From a virus, in the IMG/VR virus record IMGVR_UViG_3300023174_000084, positions 32,001-96,000 of that record: DNA of 64,000 bases; one strand, 5' to 3'. This document shows, piece after piece, positions 48,515-58,386 of the stretch. Numbering within the stretch: the first letter of the stretch is position 1; each line of letters begins with the position of its first letter. The position numbers and the translations under genes are program-made. The notes beneath the pieces are model-generated. The model saw only the letters and a list, made by a program, of their open reading frames with translations, made no database searches and was not told the origin of the DNA.

Positions 48515-50509
48515 TTATTTGGACTTTTTTAGTTCATCAATCTCTAGTTTAAGTTCTTTGATGGCTTCAACTAAAAGAGGAATAACCCTTTCGTATTTAA
48601 TTGTTAAATATTGTTCATCAATTGGAGCTGGTACCACAACTTGTGGTAAAACTTTTTGTACCTCTTGAGCGGATAAACCAACCTCATCTTTTACTGCATA
48701 ACCTAAAGCTTGAGCTGTTTCATTTGGTTTGTAATGAAAACCATTTAAAGTCATTAACTTATTCAAAGCGTTTTCTATATTACCTAACTTTGTTTTTAAC
48801 CTATCATCTGAGAAATAACCAGAAATATCTCCTGTAGCACGAATTTCACCCGTGGTTCCTGAAGCAGCCGTACCAACACCTAAAGAACCAAACTGAACAG
48901 AAGCACCTGTGTTTATATTTTGTGGTAAAGATAAAGTTGGAGTGGTTGTTCCTGTTACAGTAATTTGATTCGTTGTACCAGTAATTGATGTCACTGGTGC
49001 GGTACCAGAGCTTAGTGCGGTTACACGACCATAAGCATCAATTGTCAAAGAAGCGTTCGTTGCTGAAGTTGCACCTGGACCAGCAGTTGCAAGATCAATT
49101 GTTGGAGTTAATCCACCAGAAGATGTGATACGACCTGATGTACCTGATACAGAACTTACACGGTTATTAGCGGTATTGTATGAACCTTGAGCTAAACCAT
49201 TAGCACCATTAGCCGTTGCATAAGCACCTCCAGCAAATTGATTGATATGGGTAATGCTGGTGTTCTGATTAGTATTAACGGTCTCAATAGAATTTAGACG
49301 TGTATTTTGTGTGGCATCTACACCTTGTATAATAGAAATGGCTGTATTTTGTGCAATATCTACTGTTTCAATAGAACCTAATCTGGTGTTTTGAGTTATA
49401 TCCACACCTTGTATAATACTGATTGCAGTATTTTGTGCAATATCTACTGTTTCGATACTATTCAACCTAGTATTCTGTGTATTATCCACACCTTGAATAA
49501 TACCAATACTGGTATTCTGATTGCTATTAATGGTCTCAATACTTTGAATACGAGTATTCTGTGTATTATCTACATTCTGTAAATAACTAACAGCTGCAGA
49601 TGTAGCTACATTTGTTGCATTTGGATTTGTTGTTGAACTACTGAGATACTCATCAGTTAATATGCGATAGTAAATACCACTAACCACATCATTCATATCA
49701 AAGTATGTGTTAGCTTCATTCCAACGAATTGCAGCATTGGCACCAGATAATCCACGATTTACTGTAAATGAACTGTTTAAACCTGATGCACTATTCGCAT
49801 TAATTGTAAAATTGTTTGTGTTATAAATGGTTGTACCAACAATAACAAAATTACCACCAACGGATAATTGTCCACCAACTGAAGCATTATTTGTTACACT
49901 TAAAGATGCCGTAGAAGTTGAGTTGAAAGCAGTTAAATCGGAAGCAGAAACATCTTCAATTGCTGTTAAATTTTTACTGACAAATACATTAGAAGAAAGC
50001 GTTGTATCACCAGAAACAGAAAGAGTATTACTAACTACTGTTACTCCAGATACAGATAAACTACTACTCAATGTTGTTGCACCAGTAACATTTAATGTTC
50101 CACCTACAGTTTCATTACCACCAACAGCTAAAGTGCCACCAATAGTTGTATTGTTTGCAACAGCCAAACCAGTACCAGAGCCCGAAGCGGTGATTCTTCC
50201 GTTAGAAATTAATTGACCAGAGTTGGTCAAACCTAATACGGTGTTTTGAAAGTATACTTGTGTGTCAACACGCAGATTGTTTTGAATATAAGCTGATGAA
50301 CCAATACCTTGTACCTGTAATTGACCAGCAATAATAGCATTGTTTGCAATCTGTAGACCTAAATTTGGATCATTAAGATATAATGTTCCAGTTGGTTTGA
50401 TATAGTTATTGGCCGCCAAGTCATTGTTTTCTTTTGCAAGATTATTTGTCGTAACGACCCAATCGCCAAATGTATTGGCATAGGTAAGATAATTAACTGT
50501 GTTGGCCAT
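48515..50509 (-). CDS. tail fibre with S74 intramolecular chaperone
   Basis: NTF.DW...TN N-terminus, IIQGVD repeats, YFSDDRLK, VGLSAQEV. Confidence 0.82.
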   Translation of the reverse strand: MANTVNYLTYANTFGDWVVTTNNLAKENNDLAANNYIKPTGTLYLNDPNLGLQIANNAIIAGQLQVQGIGSSAYIQNNLRVDTQVYFQNTVLGLTNSGQLISNGRITASGSGTGLAVANNTTIGGTLAVGGNETVGGTLNVTGATTLSSSLSVSGVTVVSNTLSVSGDTTLSSNVFVSKNLTAIEDVSASDLTAFNSTSTASLSVTNNASVGGQLSVGGNFVIVGTTIYNTNNFTINANSASGLNSSFTVNRGLSGANAAIRWNEANTYFDMNDVVSGIYYRILTDEYLSSSTTNPNATNVATSAAVSYLQNVDNTQNTRIQSIETINSNQNTSIGIIQGVDNTQNTRLNSIETVDIAQNTAISIIQGVDITQNTRLGSIETVDIAQNTAISIIQGVDATQNTRLNSIETVNTNQNTSITHINQFAGGAYATANGANGLAQGSYNTANNRVSSVSGTSGRITSSGGLTPTIDLATAGPGATSATNASLTIDAYGRVTALSSGTAPVTSITGTTNQITVTGTTTPTLSLPQNINTGASVQFGSLGVGTAASGTTGEIRATGDISGYFSDDRLKTKLGNIENALNKLMTLNGFHYKPNETAQALGYAVKDEVGLSAQEVQKVLPQVVVPAPIDEQYLTIKYERVIPLLVEAIKELKLEIDELKKSK

Positions 50510-50732
50510 TTGAACCTTTATCTATTAGTTGCATCATCAGTTTTTTAATGTCCTGCATATCACCTCTAATGCTTTCAATTTCTGATTTTATATTATTTAT
50601 TTCTTGTTTTTGAGCCAATAAAACATTACGTTGTTTCATGTAGGCATCGAGTCCACTCTTATCTTGATTGATGAGAGCCATAGATGTCGTATCACGAACA
50701 AAAGTAGTTTCTGGTATTTGAACTAAACTCAT
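50493..50732 (-). CDS. small coiled-coil protein
   Basis: VRD..S.ALIN.D...Y...R, EI..IK. Confidence 0.7.
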   Translation of the reverse strand: MSLVQIPETTFVRDTTSMALINQDKSGLDAYMKQRNVLLAQKQEINNIKSEIESIRGDMQDIKKLMMQLIDKGSNGQHS

Positions 50733-50736
50733 TTTA

Positions 50737-53700
50737 TTATAGTGTTACGTTAACATTTGGTGGCAAAGCAATCGCTCTCATGTCAATCAAAACAGGTACT
50801 GCTGTATTATCCGTTGTCGTAAGAACAATCTTTATTGCAAATTGGCTAAATGTAGTATATGTCTGACCATTTTTAGAAGTATACTGAACATAACCTTGGC
50901 CAACATTACCTGAACCAGGTGCAAAGCTATACTCATAATATTCATCTCGTGTTTGTGAATATAATGATTCAGAGTTATTAATCATTGTCATCAATTGCCA
51001 AGAAGAATCATCCAATATTTGTGTATCATTACGATTCAGTATCTTATAGTATACTTGAATTTCAGTATTGACTGGACGATATGCAGTTGTGTAAACAATT
51101 AAATCACCAGAATCAAAACCAGCATCTAATACAACTTTTTTAGTCAGATACTTAGCACGACCTGGACCACCAGCTGGTGATGTTTCACCTGCAATTGTTA
51201 CAGAAGCACCGGTACCAGGTGATGTATTTGCATCAGTAATAGTTACTGTCGGCGTAGTGATATAACCAGAACCTGGATTAATTAAGTATACAGAATTAAT
51301 TATACCACCAGAAACGTTGGCAGCTGCCGTAGCTTGAACACCGCCTGGACCTGTTGGTGCGGATACAGTTACAGATGTCAGTGCTGCATTATATCCCGAA
51401 CCACCATTGACCACAGTAATTAATGAATTCGATAACTCACAGTTATTTACATTCCATGTAATTGCATAAGCAGTTAAACCGGCATCAGAAATCATTGGTG
51501 ATACAGCATCATCATTAGATGACAATTGAGCCAATACTGAGAACGATGCTGTCGAGTTGGCAACCAATACTCGTTGACCATTACCATCATTGAGATAGAT
51601 ATTATCGGAAGAAGATGTAGCAAACTTACCAGGATTAATTGGTGTTGTTGTTGTGATTGTGCCGTTTACCAATGAAGCATTATATGAGTAATTAATATTT
51701 GTTGTTGTAGGCACCAAATCAGTTGTTGTTACGTTAAATGCATCAACAAGCACATTAGTATTTGCAACAGTGTTTGTAATATCAGGTATTGCATTAGCGT
51801 TTAAGAAGTATTCAACTGATTCATCTACCAATGTTCTTTGTGGTAATTTTTTAGGTACAACAAACTGAATTGTTGGTGATGCAGATGTATTGAATACACA
51901 ACGATCAATTACAAACATCAAACTTTGATTTTGATCCGCAGTCCATGTCTGTGAATTCTGAGAAATAAACAAAGCACCAACAGAAGGTGCACCACCAACT
52001 TTAGTAACAGAAGAAGGTGTTGGATCAGTTGGTAAATTCTTAACAGAAGATGCTACGGCAGTATCACCATTAAATGCTGTCCATAAAATATATTGATTAC
52101 TATTTGATTTAACAATGAAAGCATATAATAGACCAGGTTGAATGTATACTGGTGCATTAAATGTAAACTCGGTGTAGGCTGTTGGATCCAAATATTGTGG
52201 ATTCTCTGATACTACCACTTGGTCTGGCGTTAATGTAACAACAGAATTATCAAGAACATCACCATTTGGATAACCATTCAATGTGCCAACCATATACAAA
52301 CTAATTGGTGAACTATCATTTGTAGGTTTATTTCTAAAGAATACTTTAACAGAATTCAAGAACATACCGTTTGGATAGTTATCTTTAGAAATGATGAATG
52401 TCTGTGCAACAGGGTCCCATTGATTAAATATAGTTGATACAGTTGTTGTCGAAGCGGTACGAGTTGATGTGAATGTTCCTTTTGCACCAGACGGTGAAGC
52501 ACCAAAGTCCACACGCTGAGATGTGGTTTGTAAACCTTGGGCATAGTAAGTGCCTTCTGCAAATGTGGTGGCAGTGTCAATATTACCATTGATGCCGTTA
52601 TTAATATTCAGAACTCTTTCACCAGTATGAAAAGTATTTTCTGGAATAATGAATACACCATATAAAGCTCCTGCTTCATCGGTTCTTAATGTACCTATAG
52701 AATAGATGTCGCCATTAGCTGCTGTTACTGTGCTAGCCAACAATGCGGTTTGATTGGCACCATAGTATGCCGAGATAGATGCTGACTGGCCTGCACCCGT
52801 ACCAGCATTAATATAAATTGTATTACCTGTGTAATAATTATTTGTTGTGCTAGCTAAAGTGGATAATCTAATTCTATTGGACGAAACAGCGTTAACGATT
52901 CGACCACCAAAGTGTGAAGAAGATGCAATTGTGCCACTTGCTGTAGAGTTCTGATACACACCTGCGGTGTTATAGAAACCATTTTGCAATACTGTTGAAT
53001 TACTGTATTGTGTTGAAGTGGCATCACCAGCAACATATAAACGAACATTGTTTGTGCCTGGATAACGATAGGTACCCAATACTCGGCCTGTAGGTGTAAA
53101 CAAACCACCACTAAAGTAACCAATGATATCATTCTCATTGAATGTACCAGAAACACCAGTCAATTCGATATGGTTACCTTTACGAATATAATTTGTAACA
53201 TCAATATTATCAAATTGGCCTGTGACCAATGTATTGATTAATAAACCTTTAGTGCGAACAACAATTTCTTGTGAACGAATGTATGGTAGAATGCTAACAT
53301 CGGTAATATATCCGTTGTCTAATGCATATGTATTACCAATGCGGTCATATGGACCTACAATATCACTTGCAGCAAAATTTGTTGTGCGAACTGTTGTTGT
53401 AAGATTCCAATTTCTACCCCATTGTGTAGAACTAAATGATGTACCTGAAACGGCTTGCCAATCGCCTGCAGAAAGAACATTAATCTGTCCTTGATTTGCA
53501 CGGAATACTTGTAAATTTGGATCTGTAATCAATAGAGCAGGTGCATAATTTGTATCAACCCAGTTGTCTACGTTTGGTGATAGACTTACAACACCTTCTT
53601 TTGTATTGAAAGCAAATGGATTTACATTGACTGTGCGTGATGCAATACGTTGTGTAATTGCATTGGCTGTTGTGTATGGTAATGTAAAATAGTTAATGTA

Positions 53701-56700
53701 ACTATCGGTACTAATATTATAACCTAATGCTGTTGATGTGTCAGCAGAAGGCATATTCATATTATATGCCAAAGCCAATGATTTTAATGGAAAGTTGCGA
53801 ACATTTTGCGTTGCCGTCATCTTGCGTTCACGGCGATTGATAGCAGCGAAGTAGTCTAAATTTTGTGTATCAGCTGTTGCATAACTAGAGAAGTCATCAA
53901 CTACAATACCATTTTTGAATCGGTTTAAACCAAATGAATCAGTGATTTGTAACGAACTTGCTTTTTGTTCTAACAAATTTAATGATGCATAATATTCAAT
54001 CTGATTAATACGATTCTCTAATCCAGCAATGTCTTGCATTGTATATCGTTTGTGCTTAACCTTTTGAATTGATAGGTCAGCGATTGTACCTGCAGGTGCT
54101 TCTGTTGGAATATAACCCGTATAAGGTGTATGAATCAATTGTGCAATGACTAATGCACCATCTGGTTCTGTTGGATAAATTGGATTAAGAGATGGAGCAC
54201 CTTCAACGATTTGAAAGCTTCTATCTTTGCTCAAAACTAATTTATCTTTACGGCCAAGATAATAAGAATAATCACCTAAGAATGTGGTTAAATCAACAGG
54301 CAAAAAGATACCACGATTAGTATCGGAGTTTGAATAACGGAATTGAAAGGCGGTTGTAGCATTGACACGAGCTGGACGAAAATCGACACAATCTCTTAAA
54401 CTATAAAGTGTTCCGTAAGTGCTAGTGTATTGTGGTATTTCTTGATACTGTTCATTTGAGTATGAAAGAATACTAAAATATCCGTCACCACCTGAGTGTT
54501 GATAGTAATCAACTAATACAAGAATGTTACCAATAGGTTGAGAGGCACCAGGTTTTAATGTGATGCTGGCATGGTCGTAGTATGAATCTCGTTGGCCATT
54601 ATCAAAATTATAATTGTTTGTGATGTCATATGCTGGGTTAGTTATCATAGCTACCGTAGCACGAACACTTGGGCTCTTTGTGTCAATAATCTTGACAATT
54701 TGTTTCACATCAGAAAGATATAAACTTTGTGGATTACCAGGTGTAACAAGACCTGGTTGTTCAATATAGATTTGACCTGTCGATGTTAAACTGGTATCAT
54801 CAACAAATGTGTATGTACCAATTTGCGTGTTACTGGTACTGATAGCTGTTGTGTTAGCAGTAATGAGATACTTATTCTTTAATATACGACCTGTATCTTG
54901 ACCATTTTCAACAAACACTTTTGCATATACAGTAGCAGTAAATGTTCCACCCACATCAGAACCGGATAGTGTGGCGGTGGAGCCTGTTGAGTTAAGCGTG
55001 ACGGTTCTGCCTACTGTGGTCCAAGGAACATTATCACCAACATTTAGTGTCGAACTACCTTTATTTGTAACAATTATTGTATAATTTTGTCTAACAAGTT
55101 CAGTAGATAATGTGGAGCTTGGAGTACCAAAATGACGAATCACATTGTTGTAATCGCCTGTGTATGGTAGTGTTGCAACAAAGGCACCACCAGAGGGTGT
55201 AAATGACACATTACGCCACACTTGTTGAGTTGTAAATGATGTATCTGTAATTGTTTCAACATAAGGATTACCAACCGTGAATACCAGTTCAGGCACATTT
55301 GGATTTTGTAAAACTGTGTCACCACTTTCAAGACCGCCTACCTTACCTTGCTCAGCATCAATCTCAGCCTTTGCATAGAGTGTGGCTGGATATGAGTCTT
55401 TGTTTGCGTAGATGATTGATTCTATATCTTTTGTGTCGAAGTTTAATGTAAATACAGATGAGGTTGTTGGTGTAGCTGTCCAGTTTTGATTGACTGTTGC
55501 AACTTTTGTTGTACCATTGTATGCTGTGATAGTTCTAAAATCTCCAGCACCAGGTCCAGAATTAATAGTAATATTCACACCAACATAAGAATCACCAAAA
55601 CGAGAAAAATAATTTGGGAATGTAATAGTGGATGTGGTACCGCCTGTGGCAGTTGCAACTTGTGTTCTATTTAAAAGATTAGCAACGTAGGCTTTATAAA
55701 CATAAGTGTTTGCGCCTGTACCTGTTGCACTATCATATATCAAAGCACGAACATTCGCTGTTGCAACTACGGTAGCATTGTATGTGTTAGAGTTTGCATA
55801 TGATACATTGGCCGAATCAACGCAATGTAAATCAATCTGTGAATATGATGTTGTATCAAAGAAAGAGGTGTTTGATCCATTTACATTATCAACATAAAAA
55901 TAACTACCAAAATTAATAAAGACTGGATTATTATTCTGTGATTCTGTTGTTCTTGCACGATTGGATGTCAAGTCAACACTTGTTAGATTTTCTAAACGAT
56001 AACCATGAACATATGCTAAACCTTTACCTACGTTCATAATGTAGGTGTCTGGATCTAAAGTGTTTGCTCGTGGAGTTAATTTGAAATCAGATACAACATA
56101 GTCACCATTTGTTTCATAGTCACGTTTGGCAAAGTAATCATCAATCACACCATATACAGAACCATCAACCAACTTAACGGTATTACCATCCTCTACACGA
56201 ACCAATTCAATAAAACCATCATCATCACCAAATGTAATTGGTCGACTTTCTAATGTTAGAGTAACTTTATAACGGTCTGCACCAGGCGCTTGATAGTTGG
56301 ATGCACCAACGGCAGGATCTAACAATGATGTATCGTTTACATAATCAGTAATCGATTCGGTAATGTTTAAACCAATCCGTTTTGTTGGAGTGTTGTCATA
56401 CTTATCAACAACAACAGTCTGTGGGTTTACTTGAACAAATAGACCATCAGAAATAGTAATACCATCTGAACGAGTATAGTTGCTAGACACATAGAATACA
56501 CCTTGTGCAATTGAAGCAACCGATGAAAGACCCGTGGCATCCAATGCCTGTGCTTGTGCAGCTAAATTAGAACTTACATCATAAACAATGTCATCATCTT
56601 GAAACTGATCACCGGATTTATAAGATACAATTAATGTTGGTGGATCACCAACACCTGCAGTACCTGTAGCAGCCACAACGGCAATAACTTGTGCAAGAAC

Positions 56701-57006
56701 GGTACCTGAAGCATTACGAATTAGTTTGTTTGTAAATGCATTGATGTCAATAGCAGAATTATTATAAGTTGGTTGTAATTTAATATAAGAACAATTAAAG
56801 TTTGTTGTTACTTGTCCACCTGTAACCGGTGAATTTTGCTTGAAAATATTATCAGCAAACTTAGTGATTTGATCTTGAAGAATACTTTGAGATTGAGTTA
56901 ATTCTCTTGCTTGAACCGCAAATCCTGGCTTAAAAAGAATTCGATGAAAATTCTTAGCAGGATCAAAGTCATCATAGTATGGATCAACGTTAAAATTAAG
57001 CGGCAT
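50737..57006 (-). CDS. large baseplate-associated structural protein (DUF4815/VrlC-like)
   Basis: PYYDDFD..KNF.RILFKPG.AVQARELTQ.Q, APGADR, KRYTM.DI, RFKNG..VDDF, DPVAQTF. Confidence 0.85.
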   Translation of the reverse strand: MPLNFNVDPYYDDFDPAKNFHRILFKPGFAVQARELTQSQSILQDQITKFADNIFKQNSPVTGGQVTTNFNCSYIKLQPTYNNSAIDINAFTNKLIRNASGTVLAQVIAVVAATGTAGVGDPPTLIVSYKSGDQFQDDDIVYDVSSNLAAQAQALDATGLSSVASIAQGVFYVSSNYTRSDGITISDGLFVQVNPQTVVVDKYDNTPTKRIGLNITESITDYVNDTSLLDPAVGASNYQAPGADRYKVTLTLESRPITFGDDDGFIELVRVEDGNTVKLVDGSVYGVIDDYFAKRDYETNGDYVVSDFKLTPRANTLDPDTYIMNVGKGLAYVHGYRLENLTSVDLTSNRARTTESQNNNPVFINFGSYFYVDNVNGSNTSFFDTTSYSQIDLHCVDSANVSYANSNTYNATVVATANVRALIYDSATGTGANTYVYKAYVANLLNRTQVATATGGTTSTITFPNYFSRFGDSYVGVNITINSGPGAGDFRTITAYNGTTKVATVNQNWTATPTTSSVFTLNFDTKDIESIIYANKDSYPATLYAKAEIDAEQGKVGGLESGDTVLQNPNVPELVFTVGNPYVETITDTSFTTQQVWRNVSFTPSGGAFVATLPYTGDYNNVIRHFGTPSSTLSTELVRQNYTIIVTNKGSSTLNVGDNVPWTTVGRTVTLNSTGSTATLSGSDVGGTFTATVYAKVFVENGQDTGRILKNKYLITANTTAISTSNTQIGTYTFVDDTSLTSTGQIYIEQPGLVTPGNPQSLYLSDVKQIVKIIDTKSPSVRATVAMITNPAYDITNNYNFDNGQRDSYYDHASITLKPGASQPIGNILVLVDYYQHSGGDGYFSILSYSNEQYQEIPQYTSTYGTLYSLRDCVDFRPARVNATTAFQFRYSNSDTNRGIFLPVDLTTFLGDYSYYLGRKDKLVLSKDRSFQIVEGAPSLNPIYPTEPDGALVIAQLIHTPYTGYIPTEAPAGTIADLSIQKVKHKRYTMQDIAGLENRINQIEYYASLNLLEQKASSLQITDSFGLNRFKNGIVVDDFSSYATADTQNLDYFAAINRRERKMTATQNVRNFPLKSLALAYNMNMPSADTSTALGYNISTDSYINYFTLPYTTANAITQRIASRTVNVNPFAFNTKEGVVSLSPNVDNWVDTNYAPALLITDPNLQVFRANQGQINVLSAGDWQAVSGTSFSSTQWGRNWNLTTTVRTTNFAASDIVGPYDRIGNTYALDNGYITDVSILPYIRSQEIVVRTKGLLINTLVTGQFDNIDVTNYIRKGNHIELTGVSGTFNENDIIGYFSGGLFTPTGRVLGTYRYPGTNNVRLYVAGDATSTQYSNSTVLQNGFYNTAGVYQNSTASGTIASSSHFGGRIVNAVSSNRIRLSTLASTTNNYYTGNTIYINAGTGAGQSASISAYYGANQTALLASTVTAANGDIYSIGTLRTDEAGALYGVFIIPENTFHTGERVLNINNGINGNIDTATTFAEGTYYAQGLQTTSQRVDFGASPSGAKGTFTSTRTASTTTVSTIFNQWDPVAQTFIISKDNYPNGMFLNSVKVFFRNKPTNDSSPISLYMVGTLNGYPNGDVLDNSVVTLTPDQVVVSENPQYLDPTAYTEFTFNAPVYIQPGLLYAFIVKSNSNQYILWTAFNGDTAVASSVKNLPTDPTPSSVTKVGGAPSVGALFISQNSQTWTADQNQSLMFVIDRCVFNTSASPTIQFVVPKKLPQRTLVDESVEYFLNANAIPDITNTVANTNVLVDAFNVTTTDLVPTTTNINYSYNASLVNGTITTTTPINPGKFATSSSDNIYLNDGNGQRVLVANSTASFSVLAQLSSNDDAVSPMISDAGLTAYAITWNVNNCELSNSLITVVNGGSGYNAALTSVTVSAPTGPGGVQATAAANVSGGIINSVYLINPGSGYITTPTVTITDANTSPGTGASVTIAGETSPAGGPGRAKYLTKKVVLDAGFDSGDLIVYTTAYRPVNTEIQVYYKILNRNDTQILDDSSWQLMTMINNSESLYSQTRDEYYEYSFAPGSGNVGQGYVQYTSKNGQTYTTFSQFAIKIVLTTTDNTAVPVLIDMRAIALPPNVNVTL

Positions 57007-57009
57007 TTT

Positions 57010-58374
57010 TTAGTATCCTAATACAAATTTAAATTGTTCAACACCGTCAGCACTTCTTTGGACACTTTCTCTATTCTCAACATATGTCAAATAACCTGAG
57101 AATAATACAAAGTCTGGTGTGCTAACAGTTAATACGGTTCTTGCAGTTAAAGATGAACTACCAAAAATAGGAGCATTTACTGTATAATCTCCTACTGTAT
57201 TTATGAGCCTAATTAGGTTGGATGCTGCATCAAAACTTAATACCGTTGCAGTAAATGTAGCAGTTTCTAAAGAAGAACCTTGAAAAACTGTTTCATCTTC
57301 GGCAAAGAGGCCAAAACCTGGAGCAACTACGATGTCAGTAGTTGTTCTGTAAATGGTACTATTAGCCGGTGCTGGATAGGTACTAAGTGCGGTAGGATTA
57401 ACCAACAATCCAACTTGCCTAAAATCAATGTCAGTTGGTAAATTACCAGATTCACTTGAATTGAATTCTACAGTTACCATTGTATGGCTGGCGCCAAGTT
57501 CATCAATTGGATCATATCCGTGGCCACCAATAGGAGAAATTGGAGCAATGAAGGTTGCATTTGAACCTAGTGTAGAAGTCACCGCTACGTTTGCAAAGGT
57601 ATAATCTGATCCTGTGTTCGTTACAATGATATCGGTAATTTCACCTGAGGTCACACTTGCCGTTCCTGTTGCACCGGTGCCATCACCAGTTATCACAACA
57701 GTAATTTCGGCATTAGCTGGATCGTAACCACTTCCACCATTAACAACATTGATAACTTCAACATCACCATAACCTGCTGTTGTAGCAATAGGATTTAATG
57801 TTTCAACGCCAACCGGAACAGGAATCCAAGATGGGTCCATGAACTTTGTTTTGGAACCAACATCAATAGTATACATATATTTCCATTTGTAACCATCGGC
57901 GCCTTTGTAAATGTTATTGGTGCCATAACTTCCTGGTTGAAAGAATGGTTCATCGGTGGATTCGGCATTGTTATTGTTCCAGAGGCACTTGAATACTTGG
58001 TCATATTTGTTACGCACATAAAACTGTCTAACTAATCGACCAATAACATTGAGCTCAAACATATCAACATCATCACGATAATAATCATAAACAGTACCTG
58101 TTGTCCAGTCAATACGCTGAATTACTGGACTAATGTTTGATGAGTTGACCAATTTAGCCACAAACATATTCTTAAATATAGATTTGATGGCTTTTTGGTC
58201 TTGTGTAGGAGTTGTTGGATCTCCTTCATTTGGCCATGGCAAAACACGGGCTAAGAAACAATACATCGTGCTGATTGGTCTATTTGTACCAGATATTGAA
58301 GCCACAGGTGCAAAATAGTCCTGTTCAACCTGAGTTACTTTTGCATTGTATGTTAATAGATTTTTATTAGCCAT
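57010..58374 (-). CDS. 8: baseplate wedge protein gp8
   Basis: R.DW..G..YD.Y, VFKCL.N, DGYKWKYMY, GGHG.D...ELG, FRQ.GL..NP. Confidence 0.9.
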   Translation of the reverse strand: MANKNLLTYNAKVTQVEQDYFAPVASISGTNRPISTMYCFLARVLPWPNEGDPTTPTQDQKAIKSIFKNMFVAKLVNSSNISPVIQRIDWTTGTVYDYYRDDVDMFELNVIGRLVRQFYVRNKYDQVFKCLWNNNNAESTDEPFFQPGSYGTNNIYKGADGYKWKYMYTIDVGSKTKFMDPSWIPVPVGVETLNPIATTAGYGDVEVINVVNGGSGYDPANAEITVVITGDGTGATGTASVTSGEITDIIVTNTGSDYTFANVAVTSTLGSNATFIAPISPIGGHGYDPIDELGASHTMVTVEFNSSESGNLPTDIDFRQVGLLVNPTALSTYPAPANSTIYRTTTDIVVAPGFGLFAEDETVFQGSSLETATFTATVLSFDAASNLIRLINTVGDYTVNAPIFGSSSLTARTVLTVSTPDFVLFSGYLTYVENRESVQRSADGVEQFKFVLGY

Positions 58375-58378
58375 GATT

Positions 58379-58386
58379 TATTTATT
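58379..58386 (-). promoter_or_regulatory. late promoter AATAAATA 4 nt before the gp8 ATG
   Basis: Overlaps the upstream stop; no room for an SD. Confidence 0.65.
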